64,000 nt of DNA from Curvularia clavata (taxonomy: Eukaryota), in the NCBI GenBank assembly GCA_023920165.1, contig CP089275.1:4154001-4218000 (forward strand), read 5' to 3'. The stretch's first letter is position 1; every line of letters begins with the position of its first letter. The notes below the pieces were generated by a model. It saw only the letters and a list, made by a program, of their open reading frames with translations. It made no database searches and was not told where the DNA came from. Below, in pieces: positions 61,264 through 64,000 of the stretch. Position numbers and translations under genes: made by a program.

Positions 61264-64000
61264 TTACATGAACATATTGATAACGCCTGACCGATCAGCA
61301 GATACGATCATCCCATATGGCTGCTCGATAAACGCTACATCGAGAATACAATCTACATGACCTTTGAGAAGGTACTGCTGCTGTAAAGCAATGGCACTTG
61401 ACCTTGAGGATTTTCCCGCCGCCTTCTTGTTTGTTGTATTCACCTTGCTTTCTTTCCCGTTGCCTTTCTGGTTCATGGGCTGCTGCAGCTGTTCCGTAAC
61501 AACAATCGTATCTGGGCTTGGTTGAGAGACAACATACTGTGGCTTTCCTTCGTCAGCCTCGAGCCCGCTGACTACAAGCGAACTGTCTGCGCGACTAGTG
61601 TCCCAGTAGCGGATTTTCCAGTCTGGGCCCGCAGTGATTAGGAAAGTGTGTTTCGAATCGCCCCTCTCATCGGTCGTCTGTGTGTGTACTGCGATCGCCC
61701 TGACGCCCCGATCTGCTGTCGAACTGGCAGTTGGCTCAACACTGGTAGCAAAACGACCAAGCATTCCACCTGATCTTTCTTCATCGAGGTCGATGAGTGT
61801 TGTACTCTTGACACCGATATCTTTACATGAACCAGTACGGTACACCTCTTTGCAAATATGCTTTTCAAAATCCCACACGGTCACTTCACCTTGATCACTG
61901 CCCCCAGCAATGTAGAGTCTAGTCTTCTTCGCCTTTGGGAGAAAGACTTGGTGAAGTCTGTGGATAGGCGATGCGCCATGGCAAACCCAGGCCTTGAGAC
62001 GTAGCTTGAACCGAAGATCCCAAAGATCGAGTACACCATGTGACGTTCCCAGCAGCAACCAATGTGCTTTTCGATCGACACAGAAGCAAGTGGGTGTTCC
62101 ATGGTCGAGAGGGTTGTTGAGTGTATAGAGTAACTCCATCGTGCGTAGGTCTAGGGCAAGAATTTTTGAATTGTTAGTAGCTAACAAAAGGACAGACTTG
62201 TTGTCTCCACTGTAGTGCTCGGACCAGACGGCAAAATCTCCTTTAGGCAACTGGTACTCGCGAAGGAGACGGGGCCGGCCAAATTTGGCGTTGCCATCTT
62301 GATTCTGTAGGTAGTCGATGCGAACCACGTGAACGCTCCCATCACTGCCCGTCGCAACGAAGGAATATGTTTGCTCAACAAAAACTAGGCTAGTGACTTT
62401 GACGTCTTCGCCTAGTTTGTATGTTTGCCGAGATCGACGGGTAATGTTGCGCTCAAGACGTGACGTGTCCCAGATCTTCACGCTCCCATCGTCAGAGCCG
62501 CTGATGAAAAATCCTTGGTCAGGCGACACCAGTACTCGCGTCACGGCAGCTGTGTGCTCGCTGAAACTAGCAACAAGTGTACCTTCTGGACGCCAAGGAG
62601 TGCCTGCAGGCGATCGATGCGCATCTTTGTACTTGATGGGCTGTCGTCGGATAGGAGGTTGTATGCGAGGACCGAACTCGATTTCCTCAGTTGGAAATCG
62701 CTCGAGTAGCATTGAATCCAGTAGCTTCAATATTGCTGGATCATTTCCTGTGTAGTTGTGCGCGTTTCGAAAACGAATCCGCAGCGGACTTCGTTCAAAT
62801 CTGTCTACCGCAAGCGGCGACATTGGTTGTCTAGATCGAGATGACTCTCGGGGATGAACTCCATCCACTTTTCCAAGAACATTTGCAGAAGTTGTTCCAA
62901 TTTCTGCAAGAGCCTTATTTTCTCCTCTTCCAAGCAGTCCTAACGCGCTACTGCGGTGTCGGAGGCCGTTAGAAGGATCGATGGATGCTGTTGAGCCTGA
63001 AGGGGAGGAAGAAATTTTTGAGATCTTGAGAGAATTCCTCCTTGTCTCGGAACCGGAGGTTGGCGAAGATTGATCATTAGGGACGTTACGCGGTTTGGAT
63101 CGAGACGGGATTGTGATACCTCTCTCTTCGCGGACTAGTCGTCCAGCTTGGCTTTCGAAATGTGGCATCCGATCAGCCAATCCGTCGGCCTCGGTAGTCG
63201 ACGCATCCAAAAGTGCATCTTTGATGGTGCGAGGCGGTAAGTGGTCTTCTGGCGCATCAGCCCTCTTAGTTTGCTCCATAACTTGACGAACGTCTTCGTC
63301 GAACAGCACAGTTTGTGCTTTAACGCCAAGGTCCTTCAGTGTAACAATGCTGTTAAATCTAGCGGTAGGCGTGGAAAGGCTGTCGGAGCGCCGACGATGA
63401 GCAACTCGCCAAATGAACTCCCGGAGTGCCACCAGCTTGAAGTCCTCGTCGGGGTTCAGTCCTGCTTTACGCAGCTTTTGGAGCCACAACTCATCTTCCT
63501 CATTTTTCGGCAACCGTTGCAAAACTTTTTGGTCAAGTTCTCGGCCTGAGATAGTTGGAAGGCTGTCATCTGATGATCCAAACGTGAACGTTTGCTGGTG
63601 CCTGGCTGCTAGCCAGAAATGTCCCTTTTGAGCTTGCAGTGCCCAGTTAGAAGCCATTTCCAATAGCAGACGTGACATGGGACTCTTCAACGACTCCAGA
63701 ATACGTAATTCGGAAAACTCAGCAGGGATGACTTTAAGATATGGCCTGATAAGGTTGACCAGGATGCTATGAGTATCGGCCACTGATAGATATGTCGATG
63801 CAGCAGAGATGAATTGAGCTGCTGCTTCCCGTATCCAAAGATTTGGGTGCATCGTCAGCCTTGCAAGGATGTCCACTAGCTCCCATGTCTTGGAACGCTG
63901 GAGTAAACCAAGTTCCGCCATCGAAGATAGGGATCTAATGACTTTCTCTACTACAAACTCTTCGGGATCTGTCAATGCCTGAACCATAAGTGGCAATATG
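61264..64000 (-). CDS. VPS15: PI3-kinase regulatory subunit Vps15 (HEAT and WD40 C-terminal part; 5' end lies beyond the window)
   Basis: PLMVQALTDPEEFVV, HPNLWIR, WRPEGTLVASFSEH, GSDDGSVKIWD..RLERN, HGTPTCFC, LDLWDLRF, IVSADRSGVI. Confidence 0.92.
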   Translation of the reverse strand, partial: ILPLMVQALTDPEEFVVEKVIRSLSSMAELGLLQRSKTWELVDILARLTMHPNLWIREAAAQFISAASTYLSVADTHSILVNLIRPYLKVIPAEFSELRILESLKSPMSRLLLEMASNWALQAQKGHFWLAARHQQTFTFGSSDDSLPTISGRELDQKVLQRLPKNEEDELWLQKLRKAGLNPDEDFKLVALREFIWRVAHRRRSDSLSTPTARFNSIVTLKDLGVKAQTVLFDEDVRQVMEQTKRADAPEDHLPPRTIKDALLDASTTEADGLADRMPHFESQAGRLVREERGITIPSRSKPRNVPNDQSSPTSGSETRRNSLKISKISSSPSGSTASIDPSNGLRHRSSALGLLGRGENKALAEIGTTSANVLGKVDGVHPRESSRSRQPMSPLAVDRFERSPLRIRFRNAHNYTGNDPAILKLLDSMLLERFPTEEIEFGPRIQPPIRRQPIKYKDAHRSPAGTPWRPEGTLVASFSEHTAAVTRVLVSPDQGFFISGSDDGSVKIWDTSRLERNITRRSRQTYKLGEDVKVTSLVFVEQTYSFVATGSDGSVHVVRIDYLQNQDGNAKFGRPRLLREYQLPKGDFAVWSEHYSGDNKSVLLLATNNSKILALDLRTMELLYTLNNPLDHGTPTCFCVDRKAHWLLLGTSHGVLDLWDLRFKLRLKAWVCHGASPIHRLHQVFLPKAKKTRLYIAGGSDQGEVTVWDFEKHICKEVYRTGSCKDIGVKSTTLIDLDEERSGGMLGRFATSVEPTASSTADRGVRAIAVHTQTTDERGDSKHTFLITAGPDWKIRYWDTSRADSSLVVSGLEADEGKPQYVVSQPSPDTIVVTEQLQQPMNQKGNGKESKVNTTNKKAAGKSSRSSAIALQQQYLLKGHVDCILDVAFIEQPYGMIVSADRSGVINMFM

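Overview
Gene-dense 64 kb window of a filamentous ascomycete genome. Short GT-AG introns with CTRAY branch points and the gene content suggest a Dothideomycete/Pleosporales-like fungus (inference). About 27 protein-coding genes can be modelled. A housekeeping backbone (SEC8, CTR9, VPS18/PEP3, an OCRL-like 5-phosphatase, DCP1, GAR synthetase, RNase III, RSM27, ARMT1/DUF89, VPS15) is interspersed with transporters, lipid enzymes and several accessory, immunity-like genes. The most striking element is a head-to-head pair at 54.3-61.1 kb separated by only ~370 bp. One gene is a 7-exon, catalytically intact protein kinase with Sel1-like and ankyrin repeats (~1,440 aa; the ORF track splits it into five pieces). 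The other is a HeLo-domain plus pseudokinase protein (~584 aa) with MLKL-like architecture. Together they are a candidate RIPK/MLKL-like fungal cell-death or immune module. Other notable items: an R-S-E ADP-ribosyltransferase-like gene, an intronless HET gene wedged between housekeeping genes, a stand-alone GAR synthetase lacking the usual fungal AIR-synthetase fusion, a degenerate caleosin-like protein, a GC-AG intron, a 14-nt micro-exon and a stop-free in-frame intron. No tRNA, rRNA, CRISPR array or intact transposase was recognised. All family assignments are from motif reading by eye; no database search was run.
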